From Patescibacteria group bacterium (GTDB lineage: Bacteria > Patescibacteriota > Minisyncoccia > Phycocordibacterales > Phycocordibacteraceae), in the NCBI GenBank assembly GCA_018826905.1, contig JAHJYC010000004.1, positions 1 to 60,673 on the forward strand: a DNA stretch of 60,673 bases, written 5' to 3'. Below, piece after piece: positions 41,199 through 49,918 of the stretch (its first letter is position 1; the number at the start of each line of letters is the position of its first letter). The notes under the pieces are model-generated. The model saw only the letters and a list, made by a program, of their open reading frames with translations. It was not told the DNA's origin and searched no databases. The position numbers and the translations under genes are program-made.

Positions 41199-42281
41199 TT
41201 ATCCAAAGGGGAGTGACAGAGTAAAGGTTGTTCCAGGACCCGCATCATTAGCCGAGAAGCTTAAATCACCACCCTGGTCTGTTGCGATGGTGCGAGCAAT
41301 ATACAGACCAAGACCATTTCCTCCATTTTGCTTTGTAACAGCATTCGGAGCACGATAAAAGCGCTCAAAGATATTTCCCTTGTCTTCAGGAGCAATACCA
41401 ATACCTGTATCACGAATACGAACATATACTCGTCCTGGTGCTACTTCAGTAGTCACACGTACATTCCCCCCTCTCGGGGTATAGCGTATAGCATTCTCAA
41501 CCAGATTATTCAGAATCCAGCGAGTTCTTTCCCTGTCTATACGAACAGAAGGCAGCACCTCTCCACTCTTCTCAAAGAGCAAATTCACTCCTTCTTTTAC
41601 GGAAAGCTCAGAGAAATCTTGCGTTACTTCATCCACAAGAGCGTTTAGATCTGTAGGCTTTAGATCATACTTGTACTTGCCAGACTCAATGCTTGAAATA
41701 TCAAGCAGAGTTCCAACCACTGCAACAAGCTGATGGCTCTTTTCTCGTGCACTTGCTACAAGTGCCTTCTGCTCTTCAGTCAGCGGCTCTAGTTCAAGTG
41801 CTTCTAGTGCCCACCTAATACCAGTGAGAGGCGTACGGAGCTGATGCGCTGCTGTTGAAATAAAGTCAGACTTAACACGAGATACTTCAACGTCATGCCT
41901 GTGTGCCTCTTCTACACGCTGAGCAAAAGAACCAAACTCTCTACTAAAGTTTTTTATTTCCTTTGGCATGCCTTTAGAGTCTGGGAGTTCAGCAAGCGTT
42001 CCTGAAGCAGAAAATGCTTCCATGGTATTTGTTATTTTCCTTACTGGATCTGCGATGTACTTGCCAACTGCCCAAAAGACAAAAAGAAGTAAAAGAATTG
42101 AAACAAGTAAAGAAAGAACTGATATCTGAAGTACTGCTGTTTGGAGCGATGCACTGGTCTCCAGGTTGGTTACTAGAGGAGTTAAATGTACGCGAAGGAA
42201 CATCCCGATGACACTAATTACTCCTATAGTAAGGACAAAAACACCCGAGAGAAGGGCGGCCATGAATAGCCGAATAGTCAT
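41199..42281 (-). CDS. Membrane sensor histidine kinase (two TM, HAMP)
   Basis: AAHQLRTPL H-box, NLVENAIRY, DTGIG and GNGLGL motifs. Confidence 0.95.
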   Translation of the reverse strand: MTIRLFMAALLSGVFVLTIGVISVIGMFLRVHLTPLVTNLETSASLQTAVLQISVLSLLVSILLLLFVFWAVGKYIADPVRKITNTMEAFSASGTLAELPDSKGMPKEIKNFSREFGSFAQRVEEAHRHDVEVSRVKSDFISTAAHQLRTPLTGIRWALEALELEPLTEEQKALVASAREKSHQLVAVVGTLLDISSIESGKYKYDLKPTDLNALVDEVTQDFSELSVKEGVNLLFEKSGEVLPSVRIDRERTRWILNNLVENAIRYTPRGGNVRVTTEVAPGRVYVRIRDTGIGIAPEDKGNIFERFYRAPNAVTKQNGGNGLGLYIARTIATDQGGDLSFSANDAGPGTTFTLSLPFG

Positions 42282-42299
42282 ATCTGAGATAGTAGCATG

Positions 42300-44363
42300 C
42301 TACCGACCACGCTTCCCTTTAGGACCTTTCTTCTGTGGAGCACTCTTGCCTTCCAGCACATAGATTTCGTCTCGCAGGAGGGCGGCTGTTTCAAAATCCA
42401 AAGCCTCAACAGCATCAGCCATCTGTTGTCGCTTATCTATGATGAATCCTTCAGGATCTTCTTCAAAGAGCTTTCTATCAAGCTGAAGCAATCCATCTAC
42501 AGTCTTTTGATGCTCACTGCGCATAGATTCTGCAATGTCTTTGATCTCCTTCTTAATAGTTGCTGGAGTTATGTTGTGCTTTTTGTTATACGCAAGCTGT
42601 ATTGTTCTTCTGCGCTCAGTTTCCTCAATGGCTCGCGTGAGTGAACCAGTCATCACGTCTGCATACAGAATTACCTTCCCAAGAACGTTACGTGCTGCGC
42701 GCCCAATGGTCTGTATGAGAGAAGTGTCTGATCTAAGGAATCCTTCTTTATCTGCGTCCAGAATACCCACGAGTTCAACCTCAGGAAGATCCAACCCTTC
42801 GCGGAGCAAGTTTACGCCAACAAGGATATCAAAGGTGCCTCGTCTGAATTCGGTAAGGATTTCAATGCGGTCTATGGTTTTAACATCAGAATGGAGATAC
42901 TCGGCTTTAATACCTCTCTCTTTTAGAAACTCAGAGAGGTCCTCTGCCATTTGTTTTGTAAGAGTGGTTGCGAGTGCCCGTCCTCCTCGCGCAATAACAA
43001 CAGCAGCCTCATCTATAAAGTCTTGTATTTGTCCTTTTGTGCCTTCTGTCTCTACAATAGGTTTAATAACTAACTCAGGGTCAATTAGTCCCGTGGGACG
43101 AATAATCTGCTCAGCCACCTGGCCATCTGGAGGAACTGACTTTTCCTTCTCATACTTTCCTGGTGTTGCAGATGTGTAGATTACCTGCCCAACACGCTCT
43201 TCAAATTCAGCGAACTGAAGCGGACGATTGTCTCGTGCCGACGGCAATCTGAACCCGTGCTCAACAAGGACATCTTTTCTGGAGCGGTCTCCTGCATACA
43301 TGCCTCCAATTTGAGTTACCGTTACATGCGACTCATCTATAACAGTAAGGAAATCAGGAGTACCATCCTTCTTTTTTGGGAAATAGGAAAGAAGCGTATG
43401 GGGAGCCTCTCCGGGTGCACGGCCATCAAAGTGACGCGAATAGTTTTCAATACCGGTGGTGTAACCAATCTCTCGTATGAGCGCAAGATCATGTTGGGTA
43501 CGGCGCTTGAGACGCTCATGTTCCAGAACCTTCTCCTCTCTCTTTAACTGAGCAAGACGCTCATCCAGTTCCTTTTGGATGTCTTCAATAGCTCTCGCAC
43601 GATCTTCTTCACTTGAAACAAAGTGTTTAGCAGGGAATACAAAGAGGGAATCTGGCTCCCCTGTCTTTGCTCTTGAGATTGGGTCCAGACACTCAATGCG
43701 GGAAATAAGGTGTTCATCAAATACAATGCGGTATATAACTCGCTCGTTCACCGGCATGATCTCCATAGTGTTCCCAACAGCGCGGAGTTTCCCAGGCTCA
43801 AGATCTGCATTGGTGCGTTCAAAATATATGTCTACAAACTTTCGTATTAGCGCAGCACGATTCTCCTCTGCTCCCACAACAAGTTTTACGTGCTTTTTTT
43901 CATATTCAGCAGGAGATCCAAGTCCATAAATTGCAGAAACTGAAGCAACAATAATGACGTCTTTTCTGGTTAGAAGTGCCTGAGTTGCTGCGTGACGTAA
44001 TCTGTCAATCTCAGCGTTTATCTGAGCCTCCTTCTCAATGTAGGTATCTGAGTGCGCTATGTACGCTTCTGGCTGATAATAATCGTAATAGGAAACAAAA
44101 TAGTGCACTGCATTCTCAGGAAAGAACTCCTTATATTCCTGAGCAAGTTGTGCTGCGAGTGTTTTGTTGTGAGCAAGTACAAGAGTTGGCTTCCCTACCG
44201 CCTGAATAACATTAGCAATGCTAAATGTTTTTCCTGAGCCAGTAACCCCAAGAAGTGTTTGATGGCGCAATCCTTTTTCAATTCCCTCAATGAGTAGCGA
44301 AATAGCCTTAGGCTGGTCGCCTGCTGGAGGAAACGGGGTATGAATTTTAAAGGGTCCTGCCAT
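42300..44363 (-). CDS. uvrB: Excinuclease ABC subunit B
   Basis: GDQP, LGVTGSGKT, YYDYYQPEAY, DESH and QTIGRAAR motifs. Confidence 0.98.
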   Translation of the reverse strand: MAGPFKIHTPFPPAGDQPKAISLLIEGIEKGLRHQTLLGVTGSGKTFSIANVIQAVGKPTLVLAHNKTLAAQLAQEYKEFFPENAVHYFVSYYDYYQPEAYIAHSDTYIEKEAQINAEIDRLRHAATQALLTRKDVIIVASVSAIYGLGSPAEYEKKHVKLVVGAEENRAALIRKFVDIYFERTNADLEPGKLRAVGNTMEIMPVNERVIYRIVFDEHLISRIECLDPISRAKTGEPDSLFVFPAKHFVSSEEDRARAIEDIQKELDERLAQLKREEKVLEHERLKRRTQHDLALIREIGYTTGIENYSRHFDGRAPGEAPHTLLSYFPKKKDGTPDFLTVIDESHVTVTQIGGMYAGDRSRKDVLVEHGFRLPSARDNRPLQFAEFEERVGQVIYTSATPGKYEKEKSVPPDGQVAEQIIRPTGLIDPELVIKPIVETEGTKGQIQDFIDEAAVVIARGGRALATTLTKQMAEDLSEFLKERGIKAEYLHSDVKTIDRIEILTEFRRGTFDILVGVNLLREGLDLPEVELVGILDADKEGFLRSDTSLIQTIGRAARNVLGKVILYADVMTGSLTRAIEETERRRTIQLAYNKKHNITPATIKKEIKDIAESMRSEHQKTVDGLLQLDRKLFEEDPEGFIIDKRQQMADAVEALDFETAALLRDEIYVLEGKSAPQKKGPKGKRGR

Positions 44364-45570
44364 AGTAGGTGTATACAAAGTCTCTCCGATACTCGTCAAA
44401 ATTGCCAGCGTGTAGTGCGGCTCTCGCTTCATCTACTAACCTAATAATAAACCCGAGGTTATGAAGAGAAGCAATAATCTGTCCCAGCATCTCTCCTGAT
44501 CGTAGCAGATGCGATACATACGCACGAGAAAATCCTTCAGTACCCGGAATAATCGTTTCAGTATCTAGAGGCTCGTGCTCGCTTTTGTACTTCTCTGTCT
44601 TCAAATGTATTGGTCCTCTCTTTGTATATATTGTTCCATGTCTTCCGAGGCGTGTTGCCGCAACGCAATCAAATGTATCCATGCCTTCAGCAATACCAAG
44701 AAGAAGATCTCCCGGCTCTCCAATGCCTAAAAAGTGTCTAGGCTTTTCTTTAGGAAGATGCTGAACAGCAGCTTGGAGTGCTCCCATCATATCTTCCTTA
44801 CTAAAAGAGCCCCCTATACCAAACCCATCAAAGTCCATTGATGCTATCTCCTTCGCGCTTTCAGTACGTAGGTCTTCATATCTTCCTCCCTGCACAATGC
44901 CAAAGATGCCTTGTTTTCTGTTTGCTTCAAGGTTCTGTCTATGCGCTTTTAATGAGCGCTCTGCCCATTTGTGTGTTCTCTCCATTGCCTCTTTTTGATA
45001 TGCATATGGCTCAGTTGGAGAGGTGCATTCATCAAAGGCAAAGAACATATCGGCCCCAAGCGAGTGCTGTATTTCAACAGACCGCTCTGGGGTGAAGCGA
45101 TGGAGGGACCCGTCTAGATGAGAGGTGAATGTTACCCCTTGCTCGTCAATAACGGCAAGTTGTCCGTGCTGGCTTTGTACCTCTTCGTCAAAGACAGAAA
45201 CCCCTTGGGTTACAGTATCTTCCTCTCCTTTCGCTATCTTAGTTATTGTCCTTCCAAAAGCTGCACCGAGAGAAAAGACCTGGAATCCCCCTGAGTCGGT
45301 CATGGTGGGACCACTCCATCCCATAAAGTTCCCGAGTCCTCCTCCGTCTTTAACCGTGCTCTCGCCAGGCTGAAGATACAGGTGGTACGTATTGGCGAGC
45401 ACTACCTGAGCACCCAAACTAAGTAGCTGTTCTGGAAGAATTCCTTTTACACCAGCCTTAGTTCCCACAGGCACAAACGCAGGAGTTTGGATGTCTCCAT
45501 GGGGCGTAGAGAGTATTCCTGTTCGCGCAGTTCCCTTAGTTGTCTCTGTTTTAAAGCTAATTGGCCTCAT
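44347..45570 (-). CDS. tgt: tRNA-guanine transglycosylase
   Basis: TPAFVPVGT, NTYHL, TDSGGFQ, GIVQGG and DTFDCV motifs. Confidence 0.95.
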   Translation of the reverse strand: MRPISFKTETTKGTARTGILSTPHGDIQTPAFVPVGTKAGVKGILPEQLLSLGAQVVLANTYHLYLQPGESTVKDGGGLGNFMGWSGPTMTDSGGFQVFSLGAAFGRTITKIAKGEEDTVTQGVSVFDEEVQSQHGQLAVIDEQGVTFTSHLDGSLHRFTPERSVEIQHSLGADMFFAFDECTSPTEPYAYQKEAMERTHKWAERSLKAHRQNLEANRKQGIFGIVQGGRYEDLRTESAKEIASMDFDGFGIGGSFSKEDMMGALQAAVQHLPKEKPRHFLGIGEPGDLLLGIAEGMDTFDCVAATRLGRHGTIYTKRGPIHLKTEKYKSEHEPLDTETIIPGTEGFSRAYVSHLLRSGEMLGQIIASLHNLGFIIRLVDEARAALHAGNFDEYRRDFVYTYYGRTL

Positions 45571-45631
45571 ATATCTCCTTACGGTACGGGGAGGAAGCTA
45601 TTTGGGCAAGTAAATACAAGTCTAGAAGGAC

Positions 45632-45661
45632 TTGACAAGAATGATTCTTAAGGTATATACT
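45632..45661 (+). promoter_or_regulatory. Sigma70-type promoter of the orphan lipoprotein gene
   Basis: TTGACA at 45632-45637; TATATA/TATACT at 45654-45661. Confidence 0.65.
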
Positions 45662-45728
45662 GCTTGTACAGTTCTTTCCAATCTATTAGGCAAGGGCTGC
45701 CCATCAACTTTTCGGAGGGGAAACCCCC

Positions 45729-46370
45729 ATGAAGACCATGATCAAGCGGCGGGTCGGGGGAATCGCCCTCGTTTCCGCCATCGCCATGAGCCTCGCGGCT
45801 TGCGGCGGCAACCAGGCGGCGGACACCGGATTCTCCGGAACCTACGCTGCGGTCTACTATCCCGGGCTGAACAACGTGCCGGGCTCCACGCCCGCGCGCT
45901 TCTCCAGCACCGAGATCAATCAGTTGCTGCAGCTGGACCAGGCGTGCCGCACCCAGCTGGAAGGTCAACTTCCGGGTCGTCTGCAGGCCATCCTGCAAGA
46001 CGGCGCGGAGAACAGCATCTTCACCGCCATCGGCGTCGCCGCCGGTGCGGGGCTCGGATTCAAGGGCATCGAAGTCCTGGACTATCTGGCCTACGGTGCA
46101 GGTGCAGGCGCGGGCTCCGGTGCGTTCTACGGGAACAACCGGCACCGCACCGCCGTGAACTACGCGCAAGCGTACTGCACGGCGACCTTCACCTGGATGG
46201 CCAGCGAACGTGACGGGGCCTTGAGCGGCGTCGCCATCGTTCCCTGGATGGGACCGGGTCGCACCACGCTTCCCGCCCCGACCGGTGCGCCGACCGATCC
46301 GACGAGCCGGGGTGCGAACCCCAGCCCCGAAGGATCGCGGCGTCCGACGCCCATGATGCCCAGCGGCTAA
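45729..46370 (+). CDS. GC-rich orphan lipoprotein with glycine-zipper-like segments
   Basis: Lipobox LAAC, AIGVAAGAGLG and GAGAGAGSG segments, GGAGG SD, strong GC3 bias in this frame. Confidence 0.75.
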   Translation: MKTMIKRRVGGIALVSAIAMSLAACGGNQAADTGFSGTYAAVYYPGLNNVPGSTPARFSSTEINQLLQLDQACRTQLEGQLPGRLQAILQDGAENSIFTAIGVAAGAGLGFKGIEVLDYLAYGAGAGAGSGAFYGNNRHRTAVNYAQAYCTATFTWMASERDGALSGVAIVPWMGPGRTTLPAPTGAPTDPTSRGANPSPEGSRRPTPMMPSG

Positions 46371-46388
46371 GTAGTCGCTGATAGATTG

Positions 46389-46428
46389 AAAACCCCCGGG
46401 AACCGCAAGGTCTCCGGGGGATTTCATT
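46389..46428. terminator. Hairpin terminator between convergent genes
   Basis: CCCCCGG...ACC-GCAA-GGT...CCGGGGG with a GNRA loop. Confidence 0.7.
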
Positions 46429-46443
46429 TATATAGGTTTCGTT

Positions 46444-46944
46444 CTATTGAACGCCAACAAGCTCAACCTCAAACAAAAGTGTTGCATTCGCTGGGATAAC
46501 ATCTCCAACGGCGCGCGCTCCATATGCCATATCTGGTGGGATGATGAGAGTTCGCTTTCCTCCAACTTTCATACCAACAAGACCTTGATCCCATCCTGCG
46601 ATAACCTGACCACCTCCAAGCTGGAAGCTAAATGGTCCTCCATGGTTAGCAGACGCATCAAACACGGTTCCATCAGGAAGTGCTCCTACATAATTAACAG
46701 AAACGGTGTCTCCTTTCTTTGCTTCTGTACCGGTTCCAACAACAATATCCGCAACGGTAAGTTCAGTCGGCAATTCTTCTGGGTTCATAGTATTTGTATT
46801 CTCAGGATTAACAGTGGCGTCTAACATAGCACTCTCTGGCACAGCTTCGGTAAACGGTTGGTATACTTGCGCTCCATAAAACAAAAAGGCAAGAGCAACT
46901 GCTACTGCAAGTGCAATTGCTACGCTTGTTCCAGTTACGTTCAT
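46444..46944 (-). CDS. FKBP-type peptidyl-prolyl isomerase, membrane anchored
   Basis: VNYVG..DGTVFDAS, VIAGWDQG, PPDMAYG and IPANATLLFEVEL motifs. Confidence 0.95.
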   Translation of the reverse strand: MNVTGTSVAIALAVAVALAFLFYGAQVYQPFTEAVPESAMLDATVNPENTNTMNPEELPTELTVADIVVGTGTEAKKGDTVSVNYVGALPDGTVFDASANHGGPFSFQLGGGQVIAGWDQGLVGMKVGGKRTLIIPPDMAYGARAVGDVIPANATLLFEVELVGVQ

Positions 46945-46946
46945 AT

Positions 46947-47261
46947 TTATGCTGCCACAGGGCCAGTTACAGCGAGTATATCATCAACCATTTCATCTAT
47001 TGTGGATTGAACAATGGTGTCTGAGTTTGGTACTCGTGAAGAGATAAAAGCACTGACTTCATCCTCAGAAGCATCACTTTCAACCATTTTTCCAAACTCT
47101 TCTTTAGTCTCAGGGTCCATAACCTGCATAAGGTTCATCATTGTGCTCTGAAAGATGAGTGCGCCAATGTCACTCATTATCTCTTCTTGCTCATCGGCCG
47201 GAAGTTGATCAAGCTCAAGAGCATCAATTATTTTCTCTAAGGGTGTTCCGGAAGTGCTCAT
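46947..47261 (-). CDS. Small acidic helical protein (DUF5663-like)
   Basis: LELDQLPADEQEEIMSDIG pattern; operonic spacing. Confidence 0.6.
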   Translation of the reverse strand: MSTSGTPLEKIIDALELDQLPADEQEEIMSDIGALIFQSTMMNLMQVMDPETKEEFGKMVESDASEDEVSAFISSRVPNSDTIVQSTIDEMVDDILAVTGPVAA

Positions 47262-47270
47262 GGTGTTTTG

Positions 47271-49907
47271 TTAGCGGATAATTCTAGTGAAGTTCTCTGG
47301 ACGAACAGCAAATCTAGGATCTTCCGAAATGATCATTCTGATTCCTCCTGCACCATCTGGCTCAAATCCTAAGGAGCGAAGCACCGTTCTTCCAACTGCA
47401 TCCTCATAGGACGCATCTATAAATACTGTTTTACCAGAATCCATAGCCAACTCCTGCGCAGTTGCCTGAAGTTCCTCAAAAGTTCCTCCGTATGCTTGGT
47501 AGAAGTCTTCATTAGGAACACCGTATACGTGTGACTCTAATACATTTGCTTCTGTGAGCGCACTAGCGGCTCCAGCCTCAACAGTTGAAGCAGGAGGAGT
47601 AGGAGGAGTAGGAGCGACTTCTGCTTGCGCAGCAGCGCTCTCGCGAACAAGTGTTGCATTTGCTTCAGCTGCAGAGCGGGCCTCTGCAAGATTTGCATTT
47701 CTTGTTATCTCATTCTCTTCTGCTTCTGTACGAGCCCCTTCAGCCTGCGATTCTACTGTTTCTGAAGCAGGAGCTTCTCCTTGTGCTTCAGCTGAAGTTT
47801 GTGGAGCAGTCTCTGCTGAAGCATCTCCAGTGCTTGGCCCTGATTCTACAGGCGCACCCTCCGTACCACTCACCGTAGTCCGAGGCTCTGAGGCCACAGC
47901 TTCACTTTGTGCTTCTGCTGGTGCTCCGTCAGGTGCTGTCTCGGTAACTGACGCGTCACCCTCTACTCCATCTTGGATTTTTCCTTGCAGGTTCATCTTG
48001 TCCAAGTCATCAACTGCACGCCCATACTCTCCCTCCTCGTTAATAAGAGTGCGCCACTCACTCTCCCCAACTTTCTGAAACTGCACTTCTCCGTCATGGA
48101 ACCTAATTGAATCTCCCTCGTGCATGATGGTGCTGAACTGATCAGGGTCCTGGAATCCTAGCGCAAGCGTTGCAGGATCTTCGCCTGTCCACAGATTAAT
48201 GTTTCCATCCTTCTCCCCAAGAAGACGATATAGAGTTTGCACTGCAGGTGGTGCAGTATCAGCGTCTGGATAATGATTGAGCAAATCTTTTCCGAAGTGA
48301 CCCACAAGTCTGTCCGCATTGTTGATATCTCCTCCAACGGAAAGTGTCACATCATTAACTTCAGGTACAGCCTCAGCTGACACTGCAGCTGGAACTGCGG
48401 CCTGCTCAGCACCTCCTGTGTCTACTTGCGAAAGCAGATGCCCCGCTTCCATACCCCCTGCAATTGCAGCGCCTAGGCGGGCGTAGCGTGCTTGCAAATC
48501 AATACGAGACTGCGCATTGAGAGCATGTCTACGACCAACAGATACTGAGTCAAGATGAGAGGCATCCCCAAGATTTCCAAGTCCTGCTCTCTGTGCAACT
48601 CTTGCGTCTGCTTTACTTTTTGTACCCGCAAGCCAGTGTGCTCCACGAACTACCTTATCTCCAACCAAACCAAAGATTCCTGCTACAGAGGCTCCTGCAA
48701 AAAATGCTTCGCTCTTACTTCCACTCTTTGCTCTAAGCGCAGCAATAGCGGTAAGGACAGAAGCTCCTCCAAGCACTAGAGGAAGTCCAATCGTTGCCCC
48801 GCCAGCAACAGCAACAATACTTCCCGTAAGTAGTGCTGAAGAAGCAAGGACACGGACCCACTGGGCCTTTCCCTTATACTTGTCAAAAGCTTTTCCAAGC
48901 CATCCCTTTTCTCTACTATCAAGCCCTTCCTTGCGAGCTCGTACCTCTGCCTCTTCTGCACCAATTACCACCTCGCGTGCTGTAAATCGTCTTTGGTAGC
49001 GCTCAAGTACTGCATCCTTGTCCAGCTTCCTTCTATTTGGGTTGTCAGTTAGACGATCCTGGTGTCGCACTTCAGCTGAAGACTTCAAATAACTTGCATA
49101 GTCTGCACGGTCCTTTACCCATGCATCGCGAAGCGCTTGAACTTCAGGCGGATGCTTCTTCTGTCCAAACATGTTCTCACCCATAACACCAAGCGTGTTC
49201 CTAGATTTCTGGTGCGCACGAAGCGCATCAAGGAATGCCTTCTCACTTGAAAGCATTTTCTCTGCAAGAGGAGCGCTGTGCTTATAAAATTCCTTGCTGG
49301 TTCTCAAACCAGTCCCAAGCTCTTTTTCCATTCTATCCATTGCTTCAGGGCCTCGGTTTCCAAGGGCCAGCGCACGGATGCGAGCTTTCTGAGCTTCTAC
49401 TGAAGTATCCTTTGCTTCGGGACCTGCAGGAACCTTTCCATCTTCTGCAGTACCAGCCTCCTCAGCAGGAACTGTCTTCTCTCCAGAAAGAGAATCAAGT
49501 TCTTCAACTCCAGCTTTAAGTTCTTCCCTAAGTTCTGCAGAAGTCTTTTTATCTTTCCCTCCTTCAAGACCACGGAGCTCATCCTCAAGCTCAAGCACCT
49601 CATTCTCAAGACCTGAGCGTTCACGGGAGGGGCCTCTGTACTGACTTTGTGAAGAACGTTGTCCCTCATTTTCAAGCCTACTGAGTCTCTCTCTTATTTC
49701 CCTCTTACGTCCTTCCGTGTGCTTTGTTGTCTCAAGGTTCCTTAATTCTTCTTCCGCTTCTTGAACCTCCATTTCAAGACCAGAACGTTCACGGGACGGG
49801 CCTCTGTATTGATCCTGTGAGGAACGTTGTCCTTCATTTTCAAGTTTATCTAGCTTGGAACGAAGCTCTTCTTCTCTGGTTGCCTGTGGTGGCTGTTCGG
49901 CGCTCAT
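47271..49907 (-). CDS. Large membrane protein: N-terminal repeat coiled coil, central hydrophobic segment, acidic Ala/Glu/Pro-rich C-terminal part
   Basis: 878-aa ORF; duplicated ENEGQRSSQxQYRGPSRERSGLE; hydrophobic stretch VLASSALLTG...LTAIAAL. Confidence 0.75.
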   Translation of the reverse strand: MSAEQPPQATREEELRSKLDKLENEGQRSSQDQYRGPSRERSGLEMEVQEAEEELRNLETTKHTEGRKREIRERLSRLENEGQRSSQSQYRGPSRERSGLENEVLELEDELRGLEGGKDKKTSAELREELKAGVEELDSLSGEKTVPAEEAGTAEDGKVPAGPEAKDTSVEAQKARIRALALGNRGPEAMDRMEKELGTGLRTSKEFYKHSAPLAEKMLSSEKAFLDALRAHQKSRNTLGVMGENMFGQKKHPPEVQALRDAWVKDRADYASYLKSSAEVRHQDRLTDNPNRRKLDKDAVLERYQRRFTAREVVIGAEEAEVRARKEGLDSREKGWLGKAFDKYKGKAQWVRVLASSALLTGSIVAVAGGATIGLPLVLGGASVLTAIAALRAKSGSKSEAFFAGASVAGIFGLVGDKVVRGAHWLAGTKSKADARVAQRAGLGNLGDASHLDSVSVGRRHALNAQSRIDLQARYARLGAAIAGGMEAGHLLSQVDTGGAEQAAVPAAVSAEAVPEVNDVTLSVGGDINNADRLVGHFGKDLLNHYPDADTAPPAVQTLYRLLGEKDGNINLWTGEDPATLALGFQDPDQFSTIMHEGDSIRFHDGEVQFQKVGESEWRTLINEEGEYGRAVDDLDKMNLQGKIQDGVEGDASVTETAPDGAPAEAQSEAVASEPRTTVSGTEGAPVESGPSTGDASAETAPQTSAEAQGEAPASETVESQAEGARTEAEENEITRNANLAEARSAAEANATLVRESAAAQAEVAPTPPTPPASTVEAGAASALTEANVLESHVYGVPNEDFYQAYGGTFEELQATAQELAMDSGKTVFIDASYEDAVGRTVLRSLGFEPDGAGGIRMIISEDPRFAVRPENFTRIIR
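49606..49844. repeat. Intragenic direct repeat (about 71 bp, two copies, 168-bp period)
   Basis: 49606-49676 versus 49774-49844; mismatches mostly at third codon positions. Confidence 0.85.
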
Positions 49908-49918
49908 ATATCAGGTGG

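Noticed and set aside
42535-43179. 214-aa ORF antisense to uvrB, and similar shadow ORFs over alaS, leuS, atp and uvrA
   Set aside because: Fully antisense to highly conserved genes with no recognisable motifs; codon-bias shadows.
45632-46427. Overlapping 193-aa (+) and 259-aa (-) ORFs
   Set aside because: Stop-poor alternative frames of a GC-rich gene; SD, lipobox and GC3 bias support 45729-46370.
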